From Pristiophorus japonicus (lineage: Eukaryota), in contig NC_091988.1 in assembly GCF_044704955.1 (NCBI RefSeq), forward strand, positions 191,890,001 through 191,954,000: a stretch of 64,000 nt of DNA, read 5' to 3'. A model generated the notes under the pieces. It worked only from the letters and a program-made list of their open reading frames with translations. It did no database searches and was not told the origin of the DNA. This document shows positions 37,895-49,617 of this stretch, in pieces. Both the position numbers and the translations under genes were made by a program. Every line of letters starts with the position of its first letter. The first letter of the stretch is position 1.

Positions 37895-40800
37895 AGAAAC
37901 ATAGAAACATAGAAAATAGGTGCAGGAGCAGGTCATTCAGCCCTTCTAGCCTGCACCGCCATTCAATGAGTTCATGGCTGAACATGAAACTTCAGTACCC
38001 CATTCCTGCTTTCTCGCCATAACCCTTGATCCCCCTAGTAGTAAGGACTACATCTAACTCCCTTTTGAATATATTTAGTGAATTGGCCTCAACTACTTTC
38101 TGTGGTAGAGAATTCCACAGGTTCACCACTCTCTGGGTGAAGAAGTTTCTCCTCATCTCGGTCCTAAGTGGCTTACCCCTTATCCTCAGACTGTGACCCC
38201 TGGTTCTGGACTTCCCCAACATTGGGAACATTCTTCCTGCATCTAAACTGTCTAAACCCGTCAGAATTTTAAACGTTTCTATGAGGTCCCCTCTCATTCT
38301 TCTGAACTCCAGTGAATACAAGCCCAGTTGATCCAGTCTTTCTTGATAGGTCAGTCCCGCCATCCCGGGAATCAGTCTGGTGAACCTTCGCTGCACTCCC
38401 TCAATAGCAAGAATGTCCTTCCTCAAGTTAGGAGACCAAAACTGTACACAATACTCCAGGTGTGGCCTCACCAAGGCCCTGTACAACTGTAGCAACACCT
38501 CCCTGCCCCTGTATTCAAATCCCCTCGCTATGAAGGCCAACATGCCATTTGCTTTCTTAACTGCCTGCTGTACCTGCATGCTAACCTTCAATGACTGATG
38601 TACCATGACACCCAGGTCTCGTTGCACCTTCCCTTTTCCTAATCTGTCACCATTCAGATAATAGTCTGTCTCTCTGTTTTTACCACCAAAGTGGATAACC
38701 TCACATTTATCCACATTATACTTCATCTGCCATGCATTTGCCCACTCACCTAACCTATCCAAGTCACTCTGCAGCCTAATAGCATCCTCCTCGCAGCTCA
38801 CACTGCCACCCAACTTAGTGTCATCCGCAAATTTGGAGATACTGCATTTAATCCCCTCGTCTAAATCATTAATGTACAATGTAAACAGCTGGGGCCCCAG
38901 CACAGAACCTTGCGGCACCCCACTAGTCACTGCCTGCCATTCTGAAAAGTACCCGTTTACTCCTACTCTTTGCTTCCTGTCTGCCAACCAGTTCTCAATC
39001 CACGTCAGCACACTACCCCCAATCCCATGTGCTTTAACTTTGCACATTAATCTCTTGTGTGGGACCTTGTCGAAAGCCTTCTGAAAGTCCAAATATACCA
39101 CATCAACTGGTTCTCCTTTGTCCACTTTACTGGAAACATCCTCAAAAAATTCCAGAAGATTTGTCAAGCATGATTTCCCTTTCACAAATCCATGCTGACT
39201 TGGACCTATCATGTCACCATTTTCCAGATGCACTGCTATGACATCCTTAATAATTGATTCCATCATTTTACCCACTACTGAGGTCAGGCTGACCGGTCTA
39301 TAATTTCCTGTTTTCTCTCTCCCTCCTTTTTTAAAAAGTGGGGTTACATTGGCTACCCTTCACTCCATAGGAACTGATCCAGAGTCAATGGAATGTTGGA
39401 AAATGACTGTCAATGCATCCGCTATTTCCAAGACCATCTCCTAAGTACTCTGGGATGCAGTCCATCAGGCCCTGGGGATTTATCGGCCTTCAATCCCATC
39501 AATTTCCCCAACACAATTTCCCGACTAATAAGGATTTCCTTCAGTTCCCCCTCCTTACTAGACCCTCTAACCCCTTTTATATCCGGAAGGTTGTTTGTAT
39601 CCTCCTTAGTGAATACCGAACCAAAGTACTTGTTCAATTGGTCTGCCATTTCTTTGTTCCCCGTTATGACTTCCCCTGATTCTGACTGCAGGGAACCTAC
39701 GTTTGTCTTTACTAACCTTTTTCTCTTTATATACCTATAGAAACTTTTGCAATCCACCTTAATGTTCCCTGCAAGCTTCTTCTCGTACTCCATTTTCCCT
39801 GCCCTAATCAAACCCTTTGTCCTCCTCTGCTGAGTTCTAAATTTCTCCCAGTCCCCAGGTTCGCTGCTATTTCTGGCCAATTTGTATGCCACTTCCTTGG
39901 CTTTAATACTATCCCTGATTTCCCTAGATAGCCACGGTTGAGCCACCTTCCATTTTTTATTTTTACGCCAGACAGGAATGTACAATTGTTGTAATTCATC
40001 CATGCGGTCTCTAAATGTCTGCCATTGCCCATCCACAGTCAACCCCCTAAGTATCATTCGCCAATCTATCCTAGCCAATTCACGCCTCATACCTTCAAAG
40101 TTACCCTTCTTTAAGTTCTGGACCATGGTCTCTGAATTTACTGTTTCATTCTCCATCCTAATGCAAAATTCCACCATATTATGGTCACTCTTCCCCAAGG
40201 GGCCTCGCACAATGAGATTGCTAATTAATCCCCTCTCATTACACAACACCCAGTCTAAGATGGCCTCCCCCCTAGTTGGTTCCTCAACATATTGGTCTAG
40301 AAAACCATCCCTTATGCACTCCAGGAAATCCTCCTCCACCGTATTGCTTCCAGTTTGGCTAGCCCAATCTATGTGCATATTAAAGTCACCCATTATAACT
40401 GCTACACCTTTATTGCATGCACCCCTAATTTCCTGTTTGATGCCCTCCCCAACATCCCTAGTACTGTTTGGAGGTCTGTACACAACTCCTACTAACATTT
40501 TTTGCCCTTTGGTGTTCTGCAGCTCTACCCATATAGATTCCACATCATCCAAGCTAATGTCTTTCCTAACTATTGCATTAATCTCCTCTTTAACCAACAA
40601 TGCTACCCCACCTCCTTTTCCTTTTATTCTATCCTTCCTGAATGTTGAATACCCCTGAATGTTGAGTTCCCAGCCCTGATCATCCTGGAGCCACGTCTCC
40701 GTAATCCCAATCACATCATATTTATTAACATCTATTTGCACAATTAATTCATCCACCTTATTGCGGATACTCCTTGCATTAAGACACAAAGCCTTCAGGC

Positions 40801-41222
40801 TTGTTTTTTTAACACCCTTTGTCCTTTTAGAATTTTGCTGTACAGTGGCCCTTTTTGTTCTTTGCCTTGGGTTTCTCCGCCCTCCACTTTTCCTCATCTC
40901 CTTTCTGTCTTTTGCTTTTGCATCCTTTTTGTTTCCCTCTGTCTCCCTGCATTGGTTCCCATCCCCCTGCCATATTAGTTTAAATCCTCCCCAACAGCAC
41001 TAGCAAACACTCCCCCTAGGACATTGGTTCCGGTCCTGCCCAGGTGCAGACCGTCCGGTTTGTACTGGTCCCACCTCCCCCAGAACCGGTCCCAATGCCC
41101 CAGGAATTTGAATCCCTCCCTGCTGCACCACTGCTCAAGCCACGTATTCATCTGCGCTATCCTGCGATTCCTACTCTGACTAGCACGTGGCACTGGTAGC
41201 AATCCCGAGATTACTACTTTTG
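37895..41222 (-). mobile_element. Young CR1 LINE, 3.3 kb: ORF1 esterase C-terminus + full ORF2 with a single frameshift
   Basis: ORF1 end KVVISGLLPVP...DGLHLGRTGTNVL (SGNH esterase); EN NARS/ITETWL/GDFN/SDHN; RT; TSD AGTTCAT (37888-37894 / 41223-41229). Confidence 0.97.
37992..40897 (-). pseudogene. CR1 ORF2 (APE endonuclease + RT), 1-bp deletion at ~39442
   Basis: ORFs 39422-40897 (EN) and 37992-39275 (RT) join if one base is restored in LHPRVLKE. Confidence 0.9.
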
Positions 41223-41439
41223 AGTTCATCTTATGGATATTAATAAAACTGAATGGATTCACCTGACACTTGAATTTCTGTCGGCCTAATTGTTCAGGTA
41301 ACATGTTATCATCACTGAAGCCAATTTCTCTTTGGAGAAGGCAGTGTGAAATCAGATTTGCAATTACTTCTGCACAGAATGCACAGGTTATATGCATATG
41401 CTAAATCATTGGAAGAGCCCCTATAATGTTATATGTATA

Positions 41440-42185
41440 CAAAGAAGTAGGAAGAGTTACATTTTGGATAGAAGAATAAGGAGAGGCAATGTAGCCTAAA
41501 TGGTACAATCTTTGTAGGTTGCAAGACAAGTCAATAGGACTGTTAAAAAAGCAAATGGGATCCTTAAATAGATATATAGATTACGCAAACTAAGGAAGTT
41601 ATGCAAAACCTTTATAAATCACTGGTTAGGTCTCAGCTGGAGGGTATTGTGTCCAATTCTGGGTACCACACTTTAGACAGGATGTCAAGGCCTTAGAGAG
41701 GCTGCAGAATTGGTGTATTGGAATGGTGTCAGGGTTGAGGGTCTTCAGTTATGTGGAGTGACTAGAGAAGCTGGGATTGTTTTTCAATAGAGCAGAGAAG
41801 AGTAAGGGGATACTTAATAGATTTGTTCAAAATTATGAGGCGTTTTGACAGACTGAATAGGAAGAATCTGTTTCCACTGGTAGGTGGGTCAGTAACGAGT
41901 GGACACAGATTTAAAATAATTAGCAAAAGAACCAGAGGAGAGATGAAGGATTTTTTTATGCAACATGTTGTTATGATCTGAAATGCACTGCCTGAAAGGG
42001 CAGTGGCAGCAGGTTGAATAGCAACTTTCAAAGGGGAGTTGGATAAATACTTGAAGTGGAAAACAGTGCAGGGATACGGAGGACAAGCAGGGAAGTGGGA
42101 TTTATTGAATAGCTCTAGTAAAGAGATGGCACATGCAAGTTGGGCAGAATGGCTTCCTTCTATTATGTATCATTCTATGATTCTT
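41440..42185 (+). mobile_element. Old CR1 3' fragment
   Basis: Degenerate YKSLVRSQLE/YCVQFWVPH, GHRFK motifs; ATTCTATGATT tail. Confidence 0.8.
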
Positions 42186-42319
42186 TGATTTTATACACTT
42201 CTTTACTCGTATAATGTTGTATGTATATGTTTACTAATTGTAAAAACAAGCTGAACTGTTAAACCAAAATATATTTTTTGCCAAAAATTCTGTTTTCTTG
42301 TTTGCAACTTGCTTGGTTT

Positions 42320-43500
42320 TAAGGATGAACTTATATAAGGAGAGGGCAGTGAAGAAAGAAGGTGAGGCGGAGGGAGAGAACTTCAGAGCATTGGGTCCAG
42401 GTAGCTGGAAGCGTGGGTTGAAGGGAGAGAGAAAAGCACAAGAGGCTGGAGTCAGAAGGATGGAGAGTTTGGGGAAAACAGATACAGGGAGCGATGAGGC
42501 CATGGATGAATTGGAAAACAAGGATGCAAATTTTAATTTGAAAGCTTGCGGAGGATCCGGAGCCAAGGTAGCTCAGCGAGCACAAGGGTGATGGGCGAGC
42601 AGGACTTGGTGCAAGATACGACATAGGCAGCAGAATTTTGAATGAGCTGAAGTTTATCGAGGGTGGGGGCTGGGAGGCTGACCAGGAGAATACATTGAAT
42701 ACATTGAGATAGATGTATTTGTACATTTGTAAAGGCAGAGATAAGGGCTTCAACAGCAACTGGGTTGAGGTAGGGATGGAGGAAGGTGATATAATAGAGG
42801 TGGATGTGGGTTTATGTTTAGAAGTATGGGGTTGGTAGTTCAGCTAGGATGCTGAGGTCACAGAGAGCTCGGTTCAGCCTGAGACAATGGTTGGGGAGGA
42901 AGGTGATGTCGATGGTGAACCTATGAGTTTTGTGGGGTTTGGACTTCCCAATGTTTAGCGAGAGGGAATTGTGCCTCATCCAAAACTCCAGTTGAGACAG
43001 CAGTCTGAACAAGCACAGAGGGCCGTGGAGAGGTCAAGAGGTGGTGGAGAGAGCTGTGGAAATTGATCCCATGTCACTAAAGAGCAACATATAGATGAGG
43101 AAGGTGAGGAGGTCAAGGATGGAACCCTGGGAGAGCTTTCGAAGTTACAGTGTGGGGGTGGAAAGGGAAGTCATTATTAGAGGTGGCTACAATTGAAGTA
43201 AGGGTGTAACCAAACAGGGACAGTCCCATTAAACGGGACAATAGAGGAGAAGTGTTGGAGGAAGGTGGTGTGCTTGGTTGTGTCAAAGGCTATAGAGAGG
43301 TCGAAGTTGAGAAGGGATACTGTACCATAGTCACAATTACAGAAAACGTCATTTGTGTCAGTGCTGTAGGAAGAGCAGAAACAGGAATGGAGAGATTTTC
43401 AAAGGCTGTTGTGAGAAGGGTGGAAGGTGACAACACATTCAAGGGCTTTACAGAGGAAAGAGAGATTGGAGCTGGGGCAAAAGTTTGCAAAGTCAGACGG
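42320..43500 (-). mobile_element. Old L2 LINE ORF2 fragment
   Basis: Minus-strand WMRHNSLSLNIGKS and degenerate GSILDL and FKICILVFQFIHGL-like L2 motifs. Confidence 0.7.
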
Positions 43501-43506
43501 GTGCAA

Positions 43507-44640
43507 ATAACTGCTGCATCAATGCTCTTAGAAATTCCTTTCTCCACAAAGGCCAATGTCTCTTCAAAGAATTCTAATGGGTTTATCAGGCATGACCAGC
43601 TCCGTTGGGCGGGCCACATTGTCCACATGCCCAACACAAGACTCCCAAAGCAAGCGCTCTACTCGGAACTCCTACACGGCAAGCGAGCTCCAGGTGGGCG
43701 GAGGAAACGTTTCAAGGACACCCTCCAAAGCCTCCTTGATAAAGTGCAACATTCCCACCGACACCTGGGAAGCCTTGGCCAAAGACCGCCCTAAGTGAAG
43801 GAAGAGCATCCAGGAGGGCGCTGAGCACTTTGTGTCTCATCATCGAGAGCATGCAGAAAATAAGCGCAGGCAGCGGAAAGAGCGTGCGGCAAACCAGACT
43901 CCTCATCCACCCTTTCCTTCAACCGCTGTCTGTTCCACCTGTGACAGAGACTGTGGTTCTCGTATTGGACTGTACAGCCACCTGAGAGTGGAAGCAAGTC
44001 TTCCTCGATTCAGAGGGACTGCCTATGATGATGAAAGCTATACTAACTTCATACTTCATTAGATATTTCAGGATACCCATCCTCAGGATCATTTCTAATA
44101 TAGTGGCAGATGCCATGGGCTGTAATTTCCAGGATACCTCCCTTTGTCCTTTGCGAAGAGGTGTTATGTTCCCCTTTTTCCAATCCTTTGGTACAAGTCA
44201 AATTTCTTATGACTGTCTAAAGATCCTTTCGAGAATGCAACCAATTTTATCAGCCATTTGCTTAAACACCCTTGTATGCAAGTTACGTGGTCCCGGGGCT
44301 ATATCCTACTTCAGTGTCTTCAATATTTCTGTCATTTCCTTATTACTGCCCTTAAAATTTCTTATTTCTTTCTTGGAAAATCAACCCGTACTTCTGGAAG
44401 AGAGTGTCACTTCTTCTGTGAATACCAAGAAACCCATAATTCTTCAAGTGCCCAGTAACACACTGCCCTACCCTGTACCCTTCAAAGTCCAGACTATTTT
44501 CTTGCTTCTCTGCCTACTCAGGATGTAGTTATAGAGCATTTTATATTGTTTTTTAAGATTCGTACAATCCGATCTCATTGTCTGCATGCAAGCCTGTCCA
44601 CTTTCTTCTTTTCTTTATACGTGTCCGTGAAGTTTGTAGT
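43507..44640 (-). mobile_element. Ancient CR1 ORF2 fragment split by an RTE insertion
   Basis: SCLINPLEFFEE (43507-43593) continues on the other side of the RTE as GNITPL and APGPRNLHTRVFK (cf. SPGPDGLHPRVLK). Confidence 0.7.
43594..44033 (+). mobile_element. RTE/BovB-like LINE 3' fragment
   Basis: DQLRWAGHIVHMPNTRLPKQALYSEL...CSTCDRDCGSRIGLYSH; (ATG)n tail. Confidence 0.93.
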
Positions 44641-45145
44641 TCTCTCAACTCTAGTTGATAGACTTATTCTGAGTACCACTCAGGGACATCTTGAACCTGA
44701 TTGCAGAAGTTCCATCAGAAGAATTCTCGGTATTATCTGGCAACTCTGCTCTGCAATGGAGACAGAGTGCCAGGCTTCTCACGAGGACATTAGCGCTCAC
44801 CTCTGATTGACTGGGAAACAGGAACAGCACAAGAGAGACCATTTCGAACAGTGGGTGATCCTACTTGTGCAGTTTAGTTAATAGAGTTTCCAGCCAGGGA
44901 CAGGCTGTTCTATTAATGACCTGGACCCAATGGAGATTTTCCTCACCAGGGCAGGGTTTTGGCAGACTGATGCTGATTTTCTTGGGTCTGGGCACATGTT
45001 CGGATGCACAACAGATTCCTGGCATGATTCCTGTCATCAAACGGGAAGCCACCTGTGCCAGCAAGGAAACTCTGGCAGTGCCCCCAGTGTAGTACCCCAA
45101 GAACCGATGAACCGATAACCGGGCAGTAGTGCCCTGATGATCAGA

Positions 45146-45835
45146 ATAATCATCATAAGCAGTCCCTCGAAATCGAGGAAGACTTGCTTCCACTCCAAAA
45201 GCTCAGGTGACTGTACAGTCCAATATGGGAATTACAGTCTCTGTCACAGGTGGGACAGACAGTGGTTGAAGGAAAGGGTGGGTGGGGAGTCTGGTTTGCC
45301 TCACGCTCCTTCCGCTGCCTGCGCTTGTTTTCTGCATGTTCTCGGCGACGAGACTCAAGGTGCTCAGCGCCCTCCCGGATGCTCTTCCCCCACTGAGGGC
45401 GGTCTTTGGCCAGGGACTCCCAGGTGTCGGTGGGGATGTTGCATTTCATCAAGGAGGCTTTGAGGGTGTCCTTGAAATGTTTTCTCTGCCCACCTGAGGC
45501 TCGCTTGCTGTGTAGAAGTTCCAAGTAGAGCGCTTGCTTTGAGAATCTTGTGTCAGGCATGCGAACAATGTGGCCTGCCCAACGGAGCTGGTCCTGCTTG
45601 ATAAACCCATTAGAATTCTTTGAAGAGACATTGGCCTTTGTGGATTCCCAAGAGCATTGATGCAGCAGTTATCCAACGGAGCTGGTCGAGTGTGGTCAGT
45701 GCTTCGATGCTGGGGATGTTGGCCTGATCGAGAACACTGACGTTGGTGCGTCTGTCCTCCCAGGGGATTTGCACGATCTTGCGGAGGCATCGCTGGTGGT
45801 ATTTCTCTAGCGCTTTGAGGCGTCTACTGTATATG
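45146..45835 (-). mobile_element. RTE/BovB-like LINE 3' fragment with a 79-bp internal insertion
   Basis: LEKYHQRCLRKI...DQLRW, insert, then MPDTRFSKQ...CPTCDRDCNSHIGLYSH. Confidence 0.93.
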
Positions 45836-46063
45836 CCTCCCACTGAAAGCCTCGGCTGAGACCAACACCTTCAGCAGGTAATCTCTTACCATCTGGTGGG
45901 AGACAAGGCCACTACAGAGACTTTTCCCACAATTTGGGTATTTACATGCACTTCCTGAGGGTCTACTACCACCACATGGCAGCCCTAGGACCAGTTTGTA
46001 AGTGTGGTGGACCAGGACCCCATGCCAAGCACCCCCTCCCCACCTCCCCCATTGCCATTTGGT

Positions 46064-46530
46064 AGAAAGAAAGGAAGACTTGCGTTTATGTAGCACCTTT
46101 CATGACCACCGGATGTCCCAAAGCGCTTTACAGCCAATGAAGTACTTTTGAAATGTAGTCACTGTTGTACTGTCGGAAACACAGCAGCCAATGTGCACGC
46201 AGCAAGCTCCCACAGACAGCAATGTGATAATGACCAGATAATCTGTTTTCGATATGTTGATTGAGGGATAAATATTGGCAAGAATACCAGGGTAGTAACT
46301 CCCCTGCTCTTCTTCGAATTAGTGCCATGGGATCTTTTGCGTCCACCCGAGAGGGCAGACTGGACCTCGGTTTAACATCCCATCCGAAAGATGGCACCTC
46401 TGACAGCGCAACACTCCCTCAGTACTGCACTGGAGTGTCAGCTTAGATTTTTGTGCTCAAGTTGCTGGAGTAGGACTTGAACCCACAACCTTTTGACTCG
46501 GAGGCAAGGATGCCACCCACTGAGCCACTG
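46064..46530 (-). mobile_element. SacSINE1/Deu-type SINE
   Basis: GTGGCTCAGTGGG / GGGTTCAAGTCC head, Deu core and tail. Confidence 0.9.
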
Positions 46531-46819
46531 GAAGCAGCAAGAAGGGGTAGGGGTTACGGGAATCCTAATCAGGCGGCGAGGCCTCATCACCAAAAATTCT
46601 CTGACACTCTATCCCCAATTTGGGTGGTGAATTCACCCAGACTCTTTTACACGATAAATCACCCCTTAAATCTGTGACTAACTCTTTCATCAGCCTGTTC
46701 TGATCAACTGCTCTAATTACTAATTATGATAATGGTACATATTAAAGCAGTTTCTGCTGTTTTTGTTAAATGTTTTGCCAACATCTTTCCATGTGTTTAA
46801 GAAACCACAACACAAATGA

Positions 46820-47310
46820 TTTGAATAGTCTGGGTGCCTCACTTCCAAAGCAAATTGATACGTTGTAAAGGATTCGAAGAAAGTAGCTATGCTGAGGGTC
46901 GAGCGTGAGATTCACAGAGCTGAACCGTTATTCATCAGAGAAAAGAATTGGAGTGGGGATGTAATCCAGATTTTTTAAATGGAGAGAGGTGTAGATAATG
47001 CAGATGCAATTTATTTAGCTTGTACTGTAAGTGCAGACCTAAATATAAAATGAACAAGCCTCAATCCAAATTTTGAGATTAGAAGGATTTTGCCTTCTGA
47101 CAAGAGTTACAGATCTTCCTGCGAAATAGATTACTGGACAAAGCAGTTAATGCTGTGTGAGTTAGTACATTTAAATAAAGAACTGAAGGGGAGAAATGCA
47201 CGGGGCTATGGGGAAAGAGCAGGGGGAGTGGGACTAATTGGATCACATCTTTCAAAGAGCCGGCACAGGCATGAGGGCCGAATGGCCCCCTTCTGTACCG
47301 TGTGATGCTA
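46820..47310 (+). mobile_element. Ancient CR1 3' fragment
   Basis: Degenerate CR1 ORF2 end and GGGCCGAATGGCC 3'UTR motif. Confidence 0.55.
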
Positions 47311-48957
47311 TAGGCTAGAAATTCGATATCGCCCACTTGTGATGCCGCCGGGGGGACTAACTTTAGCGCCGGGCGATGTCTACCGCTTCAAAGTGGGATA
47401 TTCACTTGTATCGCCCCAAGAAGAGAGTGGAGCGCTAAGGGAACCTTTCCCCACTCCTCCTCGGGCGCTAACGGAGCGATAGCGCAGGAGGCCGACTCAA
47501 TCTTTTGGCGCTAGGATGCCGGCAATCCTAGCGCCTGAAGATGAAAAAGAAATCCTGGTGAAAATTTCAATAAACTTCACCCACACTTCCCCACAACTGC
47601 AACAAATAAATAGAAGTTGAAAAACTGGAATATCAGCACTTACCTTGCACGATATTGCCCCGGGATCGTCGCTGGACCGAGTGCTTTCCCACCAACAACA
47701 ACCACAGCAGTAATGAAAGGCTGCACCCATCGCTCCTCCACTTTATTCTAAAACTGCCCACTGCGCCAGGTCTTGGTGACTGCATCCCTGCCTGCAGGCG
47801 GTGGCGCAGTGTTTCTCGGGTTGGTACCAAGCTTATTCTTTCGATCATCTCGGGTAATGTGCACTTCTTGATGGGGGGGCATGGGCAGGTGGTAATGTGG
47901 AAGGCCCGGCTTGGGTCTCTTCAGAGGCTGGTCTGGAGATTGTAGTGGCAGTTGATTCCATCAATGGCCGCAGGGTATGGACGTGTTCCCTTATTACAGC
48001 AGCTAACTCTGACATCCCCTCCCTCATGTGCCCCGACAGCATCTCAAATACCTGTAACATTCTCTCTCTCATGTTCACCGACAGTGTATCAAATACCTGC
48101 AACATTCCCTCCTTCATGTTCAACGACATTGTATCAGCTGCCTGAGACATTCCCTCCCTCATGTTCCTGGACAGTGTTCCCATTTCTCGTGAGAGTGTTG
48201 TTACTTCTCCCGACAGTCCCGATACCTCATCACCCACCCCGCTGATGGTGTCCAGGAGTGATCGTGTAAGGTCAATGCTCTCCCCACTCATTGCCATCGT
48301 CCGAACCACATCTGTTACATCTTGCATCTCAGGAGAGTGCTGTCGATATCTCCTTCCCCTCCTCACCCTGGGTGTAGCTCGCTGCATCCTACCGGGACCC
48401 ACAGCCTCGGATGTTGGGGCCCTGGGTGTGCCTCGCTGCAATCCCACTGGGACCCGCAGCCTCGGACTGTGCAGAACCATGGAATGTCCCAACACTTGTA
48501 CCACTCAGGAAAGGGCCGGGCACCTCAATGGGCGGCACCTGCACCTCCTCCAGAGTGAGTACAACAGTGGGGGCTTCATCCTCCGCCTCCCCCTGCCCCT
48601 CTCCCTCACCCCTATGCTCTTGGTCTGGAAGGTGGGATTGGAAGATGTTCTCCTCTTCAGGCTCGTCCGCGTCTGAATATCCTTCTGCATCGGCTTCACC
48701 CTCGTCAGGGTTGGCCTCAAGTTCTGCAAAATATAACAGAACAGACAAATGGTTAACAGCAGAGGAGGGGGCAGGGTGGGTGGTATGAGTAGGCTCACAC
48801 AGCGCAGGCAGCAGGCTCATTTGAAGGACCACGATGAATGATAGCACATTGCATCAATCGAAGCGTAGCTGATGGAGACATCCCCATGAACCGAAACATG
48901 ACTAGCCCGTGCATTTCACATTTAGCAAAGCCAGACTGTGGAATTTGCAGGACTTAC

Positions 48958-49120
48958 CCTCTCCCTCGGGTGTGGGCCCAGTTTGTGCAGTACTGATTGC
49001 TTTTCTCCAGGCAGGACCCATCAAAGCAGCAACCCTCTCTTCCAAGGGTGTCAGTGGGTGCAGATTTGCCGGGCCTCCTCCTGTTCGAGTTCTCTCTCTT
49101 TTGTTGTGTGCCACCTTCCT
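48958..49120 (-). CDS. Exon 2 of the Myb/SANT-like gene
   Basis: Acceptor TCTTTGCAG; RKVAHNKRERTRTGGGPANLHPLTPLEERVAALMG (TGGG motif of Harbinger Myb proteins); donor GTAAGT. Confidence 0.8.
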
Positions 49121-49233
49121 CTGCAAAGATAACAATATAACTTTTTAGCGAGGGTGTCTTTCTGCTGGGTGGGAGATACAGATGGTCACATTTACAATTG
49201 CAATTCCAGTGAATAAATGAAAATATTACTTAC

Positions 49234-49470
49234 ACTAACTACTTGACCAAGGTCCTGCCACTTCTTTTTACACTGGCCTCCAGACCTCGGGATGGTCACC
49301 ATTGCACAGTAATCTTCTGCAAGTTGGTTCCAGCGTTTCTTCATTTCTTTGGGTGAAACTTTAACGTGACCTCTGCTGGTGTCCAGCTTGTGCCAACTAG
49401 CCTCAGTTACAGTAACTAGTGCCTCCACTTCATCCTGTGAGAAATTCTTGGTCCTTGAGCCGCGTTGCAT
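49234..49470 (-). CDS. Exon 1: Myb/SANT-like trihelix domain
   Basis: MQRGSRTKNFSQDEVEALV...KKRWNQLAEDY...RSGGQCKKKWQDL; donor GTAAGT. Confidence 0.8.
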
Positions 49471-49524
49471 ATTGCAGCTTGGATTTTTTTTCCACTGAGA
49501 ATTAAAGTTCTCACACACAACTGG

Positions 49525-49617
49525 CTCTTTAAAGATGGCCGAATGCAGATTGGAGGTATACTGGGCACGCGTGCCCATAGCAGTCACGTAAAAAGGACTT
49601 TTTTTTGCGCATGCGCA
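49525..49617. promoter_or_regulatory. Putative promoter of the Myb/SANT-like gene
   Basis: NRF1-consensus palindrome TGCGCATGCGCA (49606-49617), 16-bp palindrome TGGGCACGCGTGCCCA (49562-49577) and YY1-like AAGATGGCC (~49532), all 60-150 bp upstream of the ATG. Confidence 0.4.

Larger units (their letters stand above)
47748..49470 (-). pseudogene. Three-exon Myb/SANT-like (MSANTD/NAIF1-type) DNA-binding protein gene of Harbinger origin
   Basis: Exon 1 49470-49234, exon 2 49120-48958, exon 3 from 48723; GT-AG sites in compatible phases (0, 1); 1-bp insertion at ~48441 and a probable indel in the G-run at ~47873-47879. Confidence 0.8.
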
